This document shows positions 15,746-30,124 of a stretch of 64,000 nt of DNA, in pieces (positions within the stretch are counted from its first letter, which is position 1; each line of letters starts with the position of its first letter). A program made the translations under genes and the position numbers. This DNA comes from the human T2T-CHM13v2.0 reference genome, Homo sapiens. Location: assembly GCF_009914755.1 (NCBI RefSeq), contig NC_060929.1. One strand, written 5' to 3'. The notes under the pieces were generated by a model. The model saw only the letters and a list, made by a program, of their open reading frames with translations, had not been told where the DNA came from and ran no database searches.

Positions 15746-16199
15746 AGTTTTAGATATGATTTTCAAATGTTTCTTTTAAAATTGTATTACTGTCAGATTT
15801 ATTTGCAGAATTTACGTTTTAAAACTTTTCTTTACATACTTACATTCTGCATTGTTTCAGCTCTTAAAGCAATTTAAATGATTTGTAAAAATTCATGCTC
15901 TACATTATCCTTCCCTTATAGTTTTGTTGGAATGTCCTGAGAATTACTTAAATTTGCACCAAGAGATTACAGTAACAATCTTATAATTGCTAGGGTTGGG
16001 TTCCCTTTAAAAAGTTATACACAAACATCCTTGAAGAGAAAAAGTCTTTGAATCAGATATTTTGAAATTAAGTTTTCTAAATTACTTTTACAAACCCATC
16101 AACTCTTTGTTTTAATCTACCTTCTGGTATTCAAGGCAATTATATTCAGTGTATTAAATTGAGAGATTCCACAGTAGGTGTAAGGAAATGTTATGTAAT

Positions 16200-16705
<506 letters not shown>

Positions 16706-16706
16706 T

Positions 16707-18665
16707 CAGGCAACAAAAGCAAAAATAGACAAATGGGATTACATCAAACTGAAAAGCTTCTGACAGTAAAAGAAGCAATTAACAAAGTAAAGAGACAATC
16801 TATAAAATGTTAGAAAATATTTGCAGGCTATACATCTGACAATGGATTAATATCCAAAATATATTTGAAACGAGAACAACTCAATAGCAAAAACAAAAAG
16901 ATTAACCTGATTTAAAAATGAGCAAAAGACCTGAATAAATATTTCCCAAAAGAAGACATTCAAATGGCCAACAGGTGTATGAAAACTGGTTCAACACTGT
17001 TAATTATCAGGGAAATGAGAACTATAATCACAATGAGATATCACCTCACACATGATAGAATGGCTATCATCAACACAAGAAAATAAGTGTCAGTGGGGAT
17101 GTGGTGAAAAGGGAACCCTTGCACACTGTTAATGGAAACGTTAATTCAGTCATGGAAAACAGTATGGATGTTCCTCAAAAAATTAAAAATAGAAATACTA
17201 TATGATCCAACAATCTCATTATTGGGTGTATATCCAAAGGAAATGAAATCAGTACATCAAAGAGATATTTGAGCTCCCACATTCATTGTAGCATTACTTA
17301 ACAATAGCCAAGATATGAAAATAACTGAAGTCCTCATCAATGGATGAATGGATAAAAACATATGGCATATACAAGTTGGCATTCGTAATATAACAGCCCA
17401 AATTCAAAATGCTCCAAAATCCAATACTTTTTGAGTGTGAACATGATACCACAAGTGGAAAATTCCACACCTGCCCCATGTGATAGTTCACAGTCAAAAC
17501 ACAGGCACATAGCCCAGTTTATTCAGCATCCCCAAGGGAGAAAAGACTCTCCCAGATTCCTTCAGGTGTAATTTACTTTTATTCGCACACACCCAAATTT
17601 TCACCTAAAAATATAAAATACAGTGTACAGTAACCTTTTAATCTTAATGCAGCATCACAGCTGGAGACTGAAAGCCTGCTGCTGTTTGTTGTTGTTGATG
17701 TTTAGACGCTGATAGAGGTATTCTGGTGATGCTATTATGCTACTTGGTTACTTTGAGCACCTTCTTTTTCACTGTATTAATAATATATCTTTTTTTTTAT
17801 CATTCACTACTTATGTGTAAGTGTAGAAAACTGATTGCTTATTGGTACCCCATAAATTTAGAGTTGGGAATGATGGTGATGCTAAGCAACCACAGATTGT
17901 CCACATGGATGACTGAGATGGTGACACATTTGGTTTTTGATGGTTCAATGTACACAAACTGTTTTATACAAAAAATTATTAAAAATATTGTATAAAATTA
18001 CTTTCAGACTACATTTACAAGGTGTATATAAAACATAAGTGAATTTTGTATTTAGACTTGGGCTCGATCCCCATGATATTTCATTATGTATGTGCAAATA
18101 TTCGAAAATTCAAAAAAACATGAAATTCCTAACACTTATGATCCCAAGCATTTTAGATAAGAGATACTCAACATGTATGCATGATAAAGTACTATTCAAT
18201 CATAAACATGGGGAAATCCTGTTATTTGTGACAATGTGGATAAACTTGAAAAGGTTTATATTAAGTAAAACAAGCCAGGCACAGAAAAACAAATACTACA
18301 TCATCTCACTCATATAAAGAATCTAAAAAAGTTCATCTCATAGAAATAGAGAGTAGAATTGTTGTTATCAGAGACTGGGGTGGTTGGGGGAGAGGGTGGT
18401 TGTTGAGATGTTTGTTAAAGGATACAAAATTTCAGTGAGATGGGAAGAATGAATTGAAGACACATATTGTGCAACATGATGACTATAGTTAATAACAATT
18501 TATTGACTTATTTAAAAATGCTGAGTGGACATATTCTCACTATAAAAATAACTATTGTGAGGTAATACATATGCTAATTAGTGAGATTTAGTCATTTCAC
18601 AATGTGTATATATACTTCACATTGCACATGATAAATACATACAATTTTGTCAATTAAAAATCAAT
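16707..18665 (+). mobile_element. L1MA-type LINE 3' portion, interrupted by Tigger4 at 17372-18175
   Basis: GCAACAAAAGCAAAAATAGACAAATGGGATTACATCAAACT..GATGAATGGATAAA resumes collinearly after 18177 and ends in an L1MA 3' UTR. Confidence 0.92.
17372..18175. mobile_element. Tigger4 (Zombi) internally deleted DNA transposon
   Basis: TIR-like ends CAAGTTGGCATTC.. and ..GATACTCAACATG, TA on both sides, and the characteristic AAATGCTCCAAAATCC..CCACAAGTGGAAAATTCCACACC. Confidence 0.9.
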
Positions 18666-19494
18666 TTAAAGTAATTTTTAAAGTATGTGATACTTGATAG
18701 AAAAATAATAAATATAATCCCAATTCCTCAAGATTTCACTTCTCAGGATATATAACTCATGCTAGTATCTATGTATGATATTGTATAAATTTACTATGCT
18801 GCTTGTAAATGTGTACCAAATAATTGAAGCTATGTAATACACTCAAAATAAATACTTAATCCTTGTGAAGCACACAAAAATTTAGAATGTATGCATGATA
18901 AAATTTTATTTTTTCAAGTGTTAGAAATTTATTTGAAGAAACATTCTATTTTCCAAACAATAATAACATTTTTTTTCAAATAATTCTTCAGTTTTATAAA
19001 GTATCAGTGTTTTAAGTTATTCTGTTCTATGTATACATTGAATATTTTTGATAGCCCCTTTTTGTAAATCTTTCAATCTGTTCATCATAGAAATCTCTTT
19101 TATATTTAATAATAAAATAGTCCAGATTTGTTTAAAAAATGTGAAAATTTGGTTTCATCGTATATATTAAACTTTGACTGTTAACCAGAAGTGTATCATA
19201 GCTGGAGTTTGAAGGCTCATATTTTTTTTAGGTTTTAATATTTCATAATTACTGTGAATTTCCAACAACTCAGGAGTGGAAAAGAAACTTGTTCACTCAG
19301 AAGATTCCTGTGGTATTATATTGCACTCAAATTGTATTCAGGGTTTCATTAGAGAAGCAAAAATAAAAGTAGACCTGACATAGATTTATTAGTCCTAGCA
19401 GAGTGTTTATATTTTCTTTATTCAGCTAGGGATGTGTAAGGATAGCCAATGAGAAGACATGAACAACTTCATTAAGAACTAACCACACACACAC

Positions 19495-19592
19495 AAAAGT
19501 AATTATGTGAGATGATGACTATGCTAATTTGCTTGATGTAGGAATTGTTTCACTAGATGTACATCAGCACATCATATTATACACTTTAAATA
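19495..19592 (+). mobile_element. L1MA 3'-tail fragment, host of the LTR10 insertion; resumes at ~20123-20143
   Basis: AATTATGTGAGATGATGACTATGCTAATTTGCTTGAT..CATCATATTATACACTTTAAATA. Confidence 0.7.
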
Positions 19593-20122
19593 TGTTAGAT
19601 ATGAGTTCAAAATTACTTTTCAAATAATTAATATGTCAGTATGTTCAATTCTTTGCTTTCTACTTTTAAAGTGAACTTCCTCGTAAAGCAACCTTTCTTC
19701 ATTAACTACTACACCCTGACTCATTCAGATCACCTGCTCCACTCTCACTCATTCTGATCACCTGCTCCACCCTCACTCATTCTGATCACCTGCTCCACCC
19801 TAACTCATTTAGATTACCTGCTACCTGCTTTGCCGTGACTCCCACCAAAGCACTCCCCCTGTCATTCTCTTTAAATTAGCCAATTGGAATTAGTTTAGCC
19901 TGTGCGGTCTAATCCTAGCCAACGGGGGAATGACACAGCAGCAGGGACCACGTGAGTCAGGAATAAGAACGCTTTCCTCTCCCTTGTCCAAGTGTGCACT
20001 CACCATTGCTCCATCTGTAAGGGCACCCTTCTATAAAAGTAAGTTGCCTTGCTGATAATTAAAAAGAAAATTTTATATTCAAGTGCTATTCCTTTTGTGG
20101 CACCAAAACTTTATATATAACA
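19593..20122 (+). mobile_element. LTR10A/LTR10F (HERV-IP10) solo LTR
   Basis: TGTTAGATATGAGTTC...TTTATATATAACA with TG..CA ends, a 4-bp TSD AATA, an internal 28-bp VNTR and a TATAAAA box near 20033. Confidence 0.92.
19700..19822 (+). repeat. 28-bp VNTR (~4 units) inside LTR10
   Basis: Unit ~GATCACCTGCTCCACCCT(G/C/A)ACTCATTCT, with cores at 19717, 19745, 19773 and 19801. Confidence 0.95.
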
Positions 20123-20529
20123 AATATATACCATTTAAAAAAACCTGATGGGAAGGAATGAAAATATAGACATTAATTCATTTTAAAATACCTGAGTTTG
20201 ATTTCCATGAGATTTGATTTTATGTGCTCTTAGATAAGTATCAATCTTTTCTAATATGTTGGCTATTATTCTTCCTATTATGAAGTGTTTTTGATTCCAG
20301 GTGTATTTTACTAACAATACTTTCTTTTATATCCTGTGTGGTTTATGTAGTCCAACTTTAAATCGCAGAGAAAGAAATAATGTCATTTTCTGGAAAGTAC
20401 GTCTAATTCTGGAACTGACTGTGACACTACTTCTTGCATCAAAGATTTTAACATTTTTTGACTCAATGATTTTATACTGTGGTCATTTAAGCCAGTACTC
20501 TTATGATTAGAAAGCATATAGCTTGGTTC

Positions 20530-20567
20530 ATTGTTGTTTGTTTGTTTTGTTTTGTTTTGTTTTGTTT
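20530..20567 (+). repeat. (GTTTT)n simple repeat
   Basis: Directly visible. Confidence 0.9.
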
Positions 20568-20722
20568 CCTCCTTTGGTAGATTTTATTTTTTTAGAGTAG
20601 TTTTAGGTTTGCAGTAAAATGGAGCAGAAGGTACAGAGAATTCCCATATGCTCTTCACCTGGTATCTCCCCACATTCCCATTATTATTAACATATTCATT
20701 AGAGTGAACATTTGTTACAATC

Positions 20723-21160
<438 letters not shown>

Positions 21161-22134
21161 GTAGATTGGTGTTGTCAGTATGCTGAATTTGGACCATTCC
21201 AATAGGCATGTATGCTATCTTGATGTTATAATTTACATTTCCCTAATTATGTATAATACTAAGCATTTTATCATGTGCTTATTTTCCATTTGTATATTGC
21301 CTTTTGTGGGGCGTCTTTTTAAGCCTTTTGCCTGTTAATTCATTTGTTTTCTTATGCTTCAATTTTAAGAGTTATTTGCATATTTTAGATACAAGTCCTT
21401 CATCAAAAATATATTTAACAAATATTTTCTCCTACTCTGTGGCTTGCCTGTTTATCTGAACAGTGTCATTTGAGATAAGAATATTTGATTTTTAATGAAG
21501 TTCAACATATCTATCATTTATTTCAGGGACTGTGCTTTTGGTATCATATCTCAAATGTCATCACCTAATTCAAAGTCACCAAGATTTTCTCCTATGTTAT
21601 CTTGTAGAAATTTTGTAGGTTTGCATTTTACATTTAGAATTTTGGGCAAGCCAATTAACATTTCTGAATCTCACTTGCCATGTTAGTAAAATGGAAATTT
21701 TTCACTAAGAGTTTTATATTCCTAAATTAGAATCACTGTTTGTTTTTCAAATAAAATTTTATCTAGAAGCTCCAAAGTTAAAGAAGATAAAATGAGTTAC
21801 TCTTGTTCATGATGTATATGGAGACCATGGCCCCAGTATACCTGTTTCTTCCAGCAATGCTCAGTATAATATGAAACTACTAAAATAGGAAATTCAAAGG
21901 GCCATTCTTAATCATATTTCATAATTTAAAATCCCTCAATTATTTCTCTCTCAAATGTATGAGAACATATAATCAACTTCAGATTTCTACCATGTAGCCT
22001 TTCCTTATATTCTTAAAATATCGGATTTTCACAGCCATCAAGTTAATGTTCTTTTTGTCTCATTTTTCCCTCTTCTTTCTCCTTCACATATCATTTGACT
22101 CTTTCTTATTTTTATTCTCTTTTTTCTCTTGTAT

Positions 22135-22500
22135 GTTGACAAACATTTACTGAGTTTCTACATTTTGCCTAGCACTGACTTAAGCCTATGAATAAAAAAG
22201 AGACATATACAACTCTTTCTTTTTTCAAAATGTTCACAGTCTAAGTCTTCAAACAGATTATAAGTCATAATAAATACACGGTTTTCATAATAACGGTTTA
22301 GGAATATGTACACTCTGCCATGATGTTCAAGACAGATTGGCTATTTCTTAGGAATGATAAAAAGTGATGTTTGAGCTGACTTGGAAAGTTAACAGTATTG
22401 GGGGGCATAGGAATTCTAGACAGGTTGTAAAGGATAAGTAAAGACACCAGGGTTTAAGTCAGAACAATCTATTTGGAGAATATAAAGTCTACAAGAAAAG
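22135..22500 (-). mobile_element. L2 LINE fragment
   Basis: AAACATTTACTGAGTTTCTAC..GCCTAGCACTG..AAAAGTGATGTTTGAGCTGA. Confidence 0.6.
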
Positions 22501-23750
22501 GACAGAGTCTGATATTGTTAGAAATAAAACATACGTTCCCCAGTCATTTTTCAAAATTTTATAGTTTTACCCCATAATCACTTAGTACCTCCAATATTAA
22601 TATGTTCTGTTGTACAGAAATTGTCCAAGATAGCTCTCAAATAACTACAGCCATAAAATGGTTGAAACTGGCCAATATGGTTGTTTCTTGCCTGCACTGA
22701 TAAATCTGCCTGGGTCAAACACACAATACACATTTTTTTTTTCAAATATTGGTTGCATAATTTTGATAGTTAACAAAAATGTAAATACAAATATGTAATG
22801 TTGTAAGGAAAATACAGACTTTTTGAAAGGTCAAGTTTAGAATGAATTTGTCATTTGTTTGCTACATGAAATAGTTACATGTTTTTACTTTGGCCAACAT
22901 TTTTCTCTGATAATGGCATAAAATTTTCATTTTGACTTTTATCATGCAAAATTCTATATTAAACTTTAATTAAAATGCTTTAGGTATAGTACCTCAAGAA
23001 ACAAGTCATAGCTGGCCATGTTCAACTTATATTTCTAGTAAAATAACTATAAACTGAAAACTAGTACAAAATTCCAGACTAAGGGAAAAATATTTTAAAG
23101 CACTTTCTCTAAAAATTATTATAGAAACACATAATAAATACTTCACATCTTTTTTTCGGGGTTACTGTGGCTTTTTATTAAATTAATCTTTTATGATGTG
23201 AGCTTCAAAGATGACTTTGAATGGAAAAGTTGATCGTTAAAAAAAGTCTTTAAAATCTTCCTTTTTTCTTTTCATTTTTCTTCTTTATTTCATTTCTGTC
23301 TTTAACTTAAGAAATATTTCACTATCCCAAGGATACACAGACACACATACATATATATATATAAAATATGTGAATAGATATATTTAAGTATATATAAATA
23401 AAAGAATCATAAAAAGTTACATGTTATTATGATATTTAAAATCATAATGTTTATTTTAAAATATTTCCCTGCGGGGCTGAGAAAGTAATGGTTAATGCAG
23501 AATGGAAAGTTCATGAGTTTTCTCAAGGCCAATGTGGAATTTGGTGTGTTACTATTTGAAGGTAGTAGATGCTATTTTCCTTTTTTTTTTTCTTTTTCGA
23601 GTTAATATTTTGCCTTTTTATTCAGAAAGTAGTGTTGGGGAACAAATTGTTCTACTTGTTTGCATTGATGAATAGTACCCCAAGATCCAGACATTTTCCT
23701 TTCAATTTAACAGAAGAAATATGAAAAATCATGTCATAAAATATATATAT

Positions 23751-23962
23751 ATACACATGGACAGATAGAGGGGAACAACACACACTGGGGCCTATCGGAG
23801 GGTGGATGTGGGAGGAGAGACAGAATCAGGATAAATAACTAACGGGTACTAGGTTTCATACCTGAGTGGTGAAATAATCTGTATAACACCCCATGACAAA
23901 AGTTTACCTATGTAACAAACCTGTACTTACATGCCTGAATCTAAAATAAATGTAAAAAAAAA
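23751..23962 (+). mobile_element. L1PA15/16 3' end
   Basis: ACACATGGACA..GGGAACAACACACACTGGGGCCTATCGGAGGG..GAATCAGGATAAATAACTAA..TTTACCTATGTAACAAACCTG followed by an A tail. Confidence 0.9.
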
Positions 23963-25888
23963 TTAAATGTAAATTAAAAAATAGATGTTGGTTTAAAGGA
24001 ATTATTTATATCTCCTATAAAGGTAAGTGGTATATTCATTATAAATTTCTGTATTTAAAAATTGAATTATATAGATAAAAAGCTGTACCAGAAAACAGTT
24101 TTGAGTAGTTTATTTGGCTGAAAATCATGGTATTGCAGTTAAAATCAAATAAGACTGGGTAAGCCTAGAAAGGATTTAATTATGAGTTTGCACTACACAA
24201 ACCTGAGAACAAACTCCAGTAAGTTAATAGTGCTTTTATTAAACTCAAAGTTTAATTGAGAATATTCTATGTAAACACTGAATCTGTAATTTCTAAATCA
24301 TAATCAAATTATGTATATTTATATAAAATACTTGTTATTAAATATTATTTGTTGTTTTAATAAGATATCCATTTTGGTATTTTGATAAGGATATAATTGA
24401 ATAAAAAAACTCACCAACATTATACTTAGTGAAACTTTCCCTAAAGTATGGTAAAAGTTTCTATAATCCAACTGTGAGCTGGGCAGCAGTTTATTTAAAT
24501 TGCAGACTGCATCTGTAGAGCATCCTCTAGAACATCTGTCTTATGGTCTTAGTAGATAAGTCCACAGCACAGATGTCACTCCTATTAACTCTCATAGAGA
24601 AGAAGCTGAACAATTAGGTGGGGAGAAGTGGTAAAAATTAGGGTATGATCAGTTACAATTTCAGAAAATTTCCTAATATATCATAAATTTCACTGTTAAA
24701 TGAATTTAAACTTTTGCAAGTGGAGGTGTGGTTTATAAGTGCCTATTTCTCTTGCTAGATACATTATATTAATAGGAGTGTGTATGGGGATATGTATGTA
24801 AAATTTTTGAGAGAGAGTTAAAAATTGTTGCAAATATGAAAATAAGTAGCTATCAATAAATAAAAAAATATCAAGTAAAGAATTCTAATAGGTCTATGGC
24901 AAGAAAAATGTATACAATTAAGAACAAAATAACAGAAAAAAACATAATACAATAGCATGCCAGGTAGAATAATGTAATATTGAAATTAAACATTAAAAAT
25001 TATATTAATTTTCCATTGTAAGACTCTTTGGTAGTTTATTTGAAATTATCTTACTAAGTTTTTTAGAGGAAGCTTTTACTGCCCTAAGTATTTGCAATTA
25101 ATGTCATGATACTCTTCTGAGGCGATAACCAAAACTTACGTTATATTTGATGTAAATATGTTTTTACTTAAATAAATAATCAATTTGTGCCATAAACATT
25201 GTAAGAAAAGATTATCTCACCTCATTAGGCTGTCTTTGTCCTTGACTAAATTTAGGTAAATGGTCCTTGAGAATTTGTAGCATCACATGTACTTAAACTA
25301 GAGCAGGTAGCAACTGTTAATGAGAAAAAATATACTCTGGTATGGTCAATTCATTGTTTTGACAGGTTTAACAAACAAAATGACTTGCCAGACTTGATCA
25401 TAACATCATTCATCAATGAAATAGTGAAACTAATCTATACATGCTTTAACCTGGAAGTGAGAGGCCAAACTGACAAACTGGCCTCATATATATTAGCCAT
25501 TGTTTAGTGTAATCAACAAATTCAGTAGCAGATTTCCCCTCAACATAACAGAGGTGTCCATTTGACATACTAGATTAAAACATAGGATATGGAAAATGAT
25601 ATTTGGTATTTAAGACATACTGTAATTTTTTAATACACCATTGTATCTTTTTCAAATTTGTCACTTTAAGATATCTTGACTAGCATGCATATATTGGAGG
25701 GCAAAGATAACAGATACAATAAGTTATGTGACTTTTATTGCAATCCTTTGTTGCTTTGCTGTAATCAAAGTAAAAAAAAGTACAAAAAAAACTGAACATT
25801 ATAGAATAACATTCAAATCTTGACTTAAAAAATTACATTGCAGAAACAAAGAAAATTGGTGATAAAAATAGTATATATATTATGCACC

Positions 25889-26290
25889 TGATGTGGTTTG
25901 GTTCTCTGTCTCCATCCAAATCTCATGTTGAATTGTAATCCCCATTCTTGGAGTTGGAGCCTGGTAGGAGGTGATTGGATTATGGGGGTGGTTTCTAATG
26001 GTTTAGCACCATCCCCTGCAGGCTGTTTCATGATAGAGTTCTCATGAGATCTGGTTGTTTGAAAGTATGTAGCACCTCCCCCTTTTCTCTTTTTTTCTCT
26101 CTCTCCTGGCGCCACGTGAAGACATACTTGCTTTCCCTTTGCACTTCTGCGGTGATTGTAAGTTTCCTGAGGCTCCTGAACCATGTTTCCTGTACAGCAT
26201 GCAGAACTGTGAGTTAATTAAACCTCTTTTATTCATAAATTACCCAGTCTCAGGTAGTTCTTCACAGCAGTGCAAGAACAAACTAAAACA
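25889..26290 (+). mobile_element. MSTA (MaLR) solo LTR
   Basis: TGATGTGGTTTGG..CCAAATCTCATGTTGAATTGTAATCCCC..ATTAAACCTCTTTT..AACTAAAACA with a perfect 5-bp TSD GCACC. Confidence 0.93.
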
Positions 26291-28146
26291 GCACCTTCAT
26301 GCATTTTCCCTCTATTGATAAAAGTGATTGCTCTCACAGTTTCATCTTATTCCATCATGCCTTCTAAGAATTAGATTTCTATTTTGCCTTTTGTCTTTAC
26401 TGTACTTTGAAATTATATTTTATCTAGTTTAGTCTGCAGGAGTGGTAAGCATCATTTCAGGAAAGGCACTGAAAATAATGGATTCTTGGAAGAAGCATGT
26501 CTTTTCATTTCTTTAAACAGTGATTCTTTTTTGTCTATAGAAAACACAAGTTGCTCAAAAGGTATTGATTTTGTAGCTTGTGCAGATAGCATTTTCCTTG
26601 TTATCAATCTCTACCAGGTTTTAAAATCCTAGGGAATATCTTTTTTAAAAATTTTCTGAATATTTATATGGGTAGTTTAAGAAGAATGTTATTTAGAGTA
26701 GTTTATTCTAACTTTAAAGATACTGCACATCATCTGATTTTCCTCAATTATCCTCAGTTATTCCTAATCCTCTAGCAAGTTTAACCTGATGAATTTGAGG
26801 CCTTCTGAAGCACAGGTAAGTAGTTCATCTTAGCTGCTATATGTGCATCATCAAGGGTGAGGTCCAGATGTTTTTAGAGATTTATGATCTGCCTAAATCA
26901 TCCTTTCCCTCTTCTAGGACTATAACTGTTAGATAGATACACATAGAAATCAATAGCCAAGTTATAAATGTCAACTTTCTTGATGGCTGGGCAAGTACTG
27001 ATGCTTTTATCCCCCTATCTTAAAGTAAAGTTCTGGTAGAGCTCAATATGAATACAGCTTAAGTCAGGATGGCTTGGAAAACGGGCTATACATGTTTCCT
27101 ACAAATCACCACTGAAAATGAAAATTATATCTGTATGTTCACTCCCCTGTGTGCCACAGTATAAATAGAGAAGAAAATGTTGGAAGCATCCTACCCCCAT
27201 CTACTCCTTCATTTGAGTGAATCAACCCAGAGAGACTGGAGCAGTAGTTTTAAAAAACAGGAGTGAAAACACTGAACATAATCACCTTAATACAGATGAG
27301 TAGATAAATCTGATAAATAGAGAACAGTGAATCGTTACACAAAATACAGTGGAAACACCAAAGGGGGATGAGAATCCTGGCACAAAAGTGCAATTTAAAG
27401 TTTTCTTGAGAATCGTGGATTGTTGGCAGAGACAGTAAGGCCAAAACATAGAGATGTTACAGAGTAGCAAGAAAATGTTGCTAGTCTGGTACTCAGATAG
27501 AAATTAACTGCATTTTTTTCATGTTTTGATGTTTCCTTCCCTTCCCCAATTTTGAAATATTAAAATAAAAATCAGTTCTTGAAATTAAGAAGATGGTGAT
27601 GATGATGACAGTGATGGCAACAATGATGGAAGAGGTCTTATTGCCTGCTCACTTCGTGCTTGACTCTCTCCTGAAAGCCTTCTCTTGGAGGACATTAGCT
27701 TTCCCTATCATAAAAATTATTTATGTTTCTGACGTGGCTGTTTCTGATAAGGCAAAGCTCATTATATTTAAGAACTACATTAGTCAGTGCTTTTAAACCT
27801 ATAATGAAAGTTACATCACATCATGCCTAAAAGGGAGAATTACAAATTTTCCTCCGAAGAAGATAGCCTGTACACCAAAGGGACTGCAAAATTTTCCCAA
27901 TTTGCGTTGGTAAGGACTTGAAAGTATCTTTGTAAATTAATAGGTTGTAAGGGTGTTAGATCAAGGAGAACATATATGTCTTAAATTATTGATATGGCTG
28001 TACTTACCTTAGAGGCAAATTTTAATGTGTTAGCTTGAGCGCTTGGATGGTTCTAACAGCTGTCTTGGCTAATTGAAGATTTTATTCAATGGTTATCCAT
28101 GATCACTAATCCTGAGATGCCAAAAATGCCCTTGTATATATTAGAG

Positions 28147-28965
<819 letters not shown>

Positions 28966-29149
28966 CAGAGAAGAGAGTATGAAGGCTTTGGCAGTTGGCA
29001 TGTTGCAGTGGATTTATTATATCCATGTGCTACTCAGCCACCTCTTAACCATTTAACCAAACCTTCCATAGTATCAACAGATGGGGATTATCTCTATCAG
29101 GAAAAATTAAGTCATAGCTCCATACTCAACTTCTAGACCTAACAAATTC

Positions 29150-29610
29150 AGTTTCATGACTTCCAGGCCCTCAATTGATGGAGATACTGGGTTTCTTTGA
29201 AAAAAGAACCAACAAGCCATTAGTTTATTTTATAAAATTTTCTCCACCCCTCCACAAAGGGACATGCAGTTTCTGACCAAGGTGACTGTATACTAGGAAA
29301 AGAGAAATACTAAGACATTGGGGAAATTATTAGAAACATACTCAAAGTTATTGCTATACCTGGGTAAATGAAAAACTACTGCAGTCTACCAGTCAAGAGT
29401 GAGGGTTAATGGATTAGTTGATAGAGAAAACCTACAAACTTATGCTATAGTTAATTTCTTATCTTCCTGAATGCAGAATTTGAATACATATGTTTTACCC
29501 CTGTTAAAATCTCCACACTGACTCCCTTAACTCTAAAATGAAGGCTATTATGGTATGAAATATTTTTTTAAAAGACACTGGAGGTGTTCATCACCGCAAA
29601 TAAAAGAAAG
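29150..29610 (+). mobile_element. Degenerate ERVL/MaLR internal fragment
   Basis: TCCTGAATGCAGAATT..ATCTCCACACTGACTCCCTTAAC..GGCTATTATGGTA resembles the ERVL gag-pol region. Confidence 0.5.
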
Positions 29611-29613
29611 CAC

Positions 29614-29892
29614 TGAAACTGCCACAACTGGCCCATGGAACTGATGTTTACTGTTTTTTGGACAGGCATAGATATTGACCCTCCTGGTCTTAAAGCTTGA
29701 AACTTACATTTGTCTTATCTGAATTACTTCCTAAGTTAACTGAGCCTCAGACAATAAAATGCCAGACCCCTCATCCGTCATGATTCCTGTTTACCAACTT
29801 CTCTTCCTTACCACTTCTTAATTCCTGTTTTCCCACACATAGTTACATTTCTTCCCTTTTACATAAGCACCTACTTTTAGTCCATTCAGGAT
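29614..29892 (+). mobile_element. MER57-family ERV1 LTR, 5' part only
   Basis: TGAAACTG..ATTGACCCTCCTGGTCTTAAAGCTTGAAACTTACATTTG..CCAGACCCCTCAT..GTTACATTTCTTCCC. Confidence 0.8.
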
Positions 29893-29897
29893 GCAAA

Positions 29898-30124
29898 CTG
29901 ATGGTAGTGAATAAGTCTCACAAGATCTAATGGGAGTTCCCCTGCACAAGCTATCTCTTGCCTGCCACCATGGAAGACATGACATTTTTTCCTCTTTTGC
30001 CTTCCACCATGATTGGGAGGCCTCCCAAGATATGTGGAATTGTGAGTCAATTAAACCTCGTTTCTTTATATGTTACTCAATCTTGGGTATGTCTTTATTA
30101 GCAGTGTGATAACAAACTGATACA
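29898..30124 (+). mobile_element. THE1 (MaLR) LTR, 3' part only
   Basis: GGTAGTGAATAAGTCTCACAAGATCT..GCCTTCCACCATGATT..GAGTCAATTAAACCTC..GTATGTCTTTATTAGCAG..CTGATACA. Confidence 0.9.

Noticed and set aside
19700-19822. CRISPR-like repeat array
   Set aside because: The units are head-to-tail with no unique spacers. This is the known LTR10 VNTR in primate DNA.
26776-26821. + strand 40-bp micro-exon ending CAG|GTAAGT
   Set aside because: It is isolated, has no partner exon or recognisable peptide, and about one such donor per strand is expected by chance in 64 kb.
27593-27796. Met-rich ORF MVMMMTVMATMMEE
   Set aside because: It arises from a degenerate (GAT)n simple repeat and has no splice or homology support.
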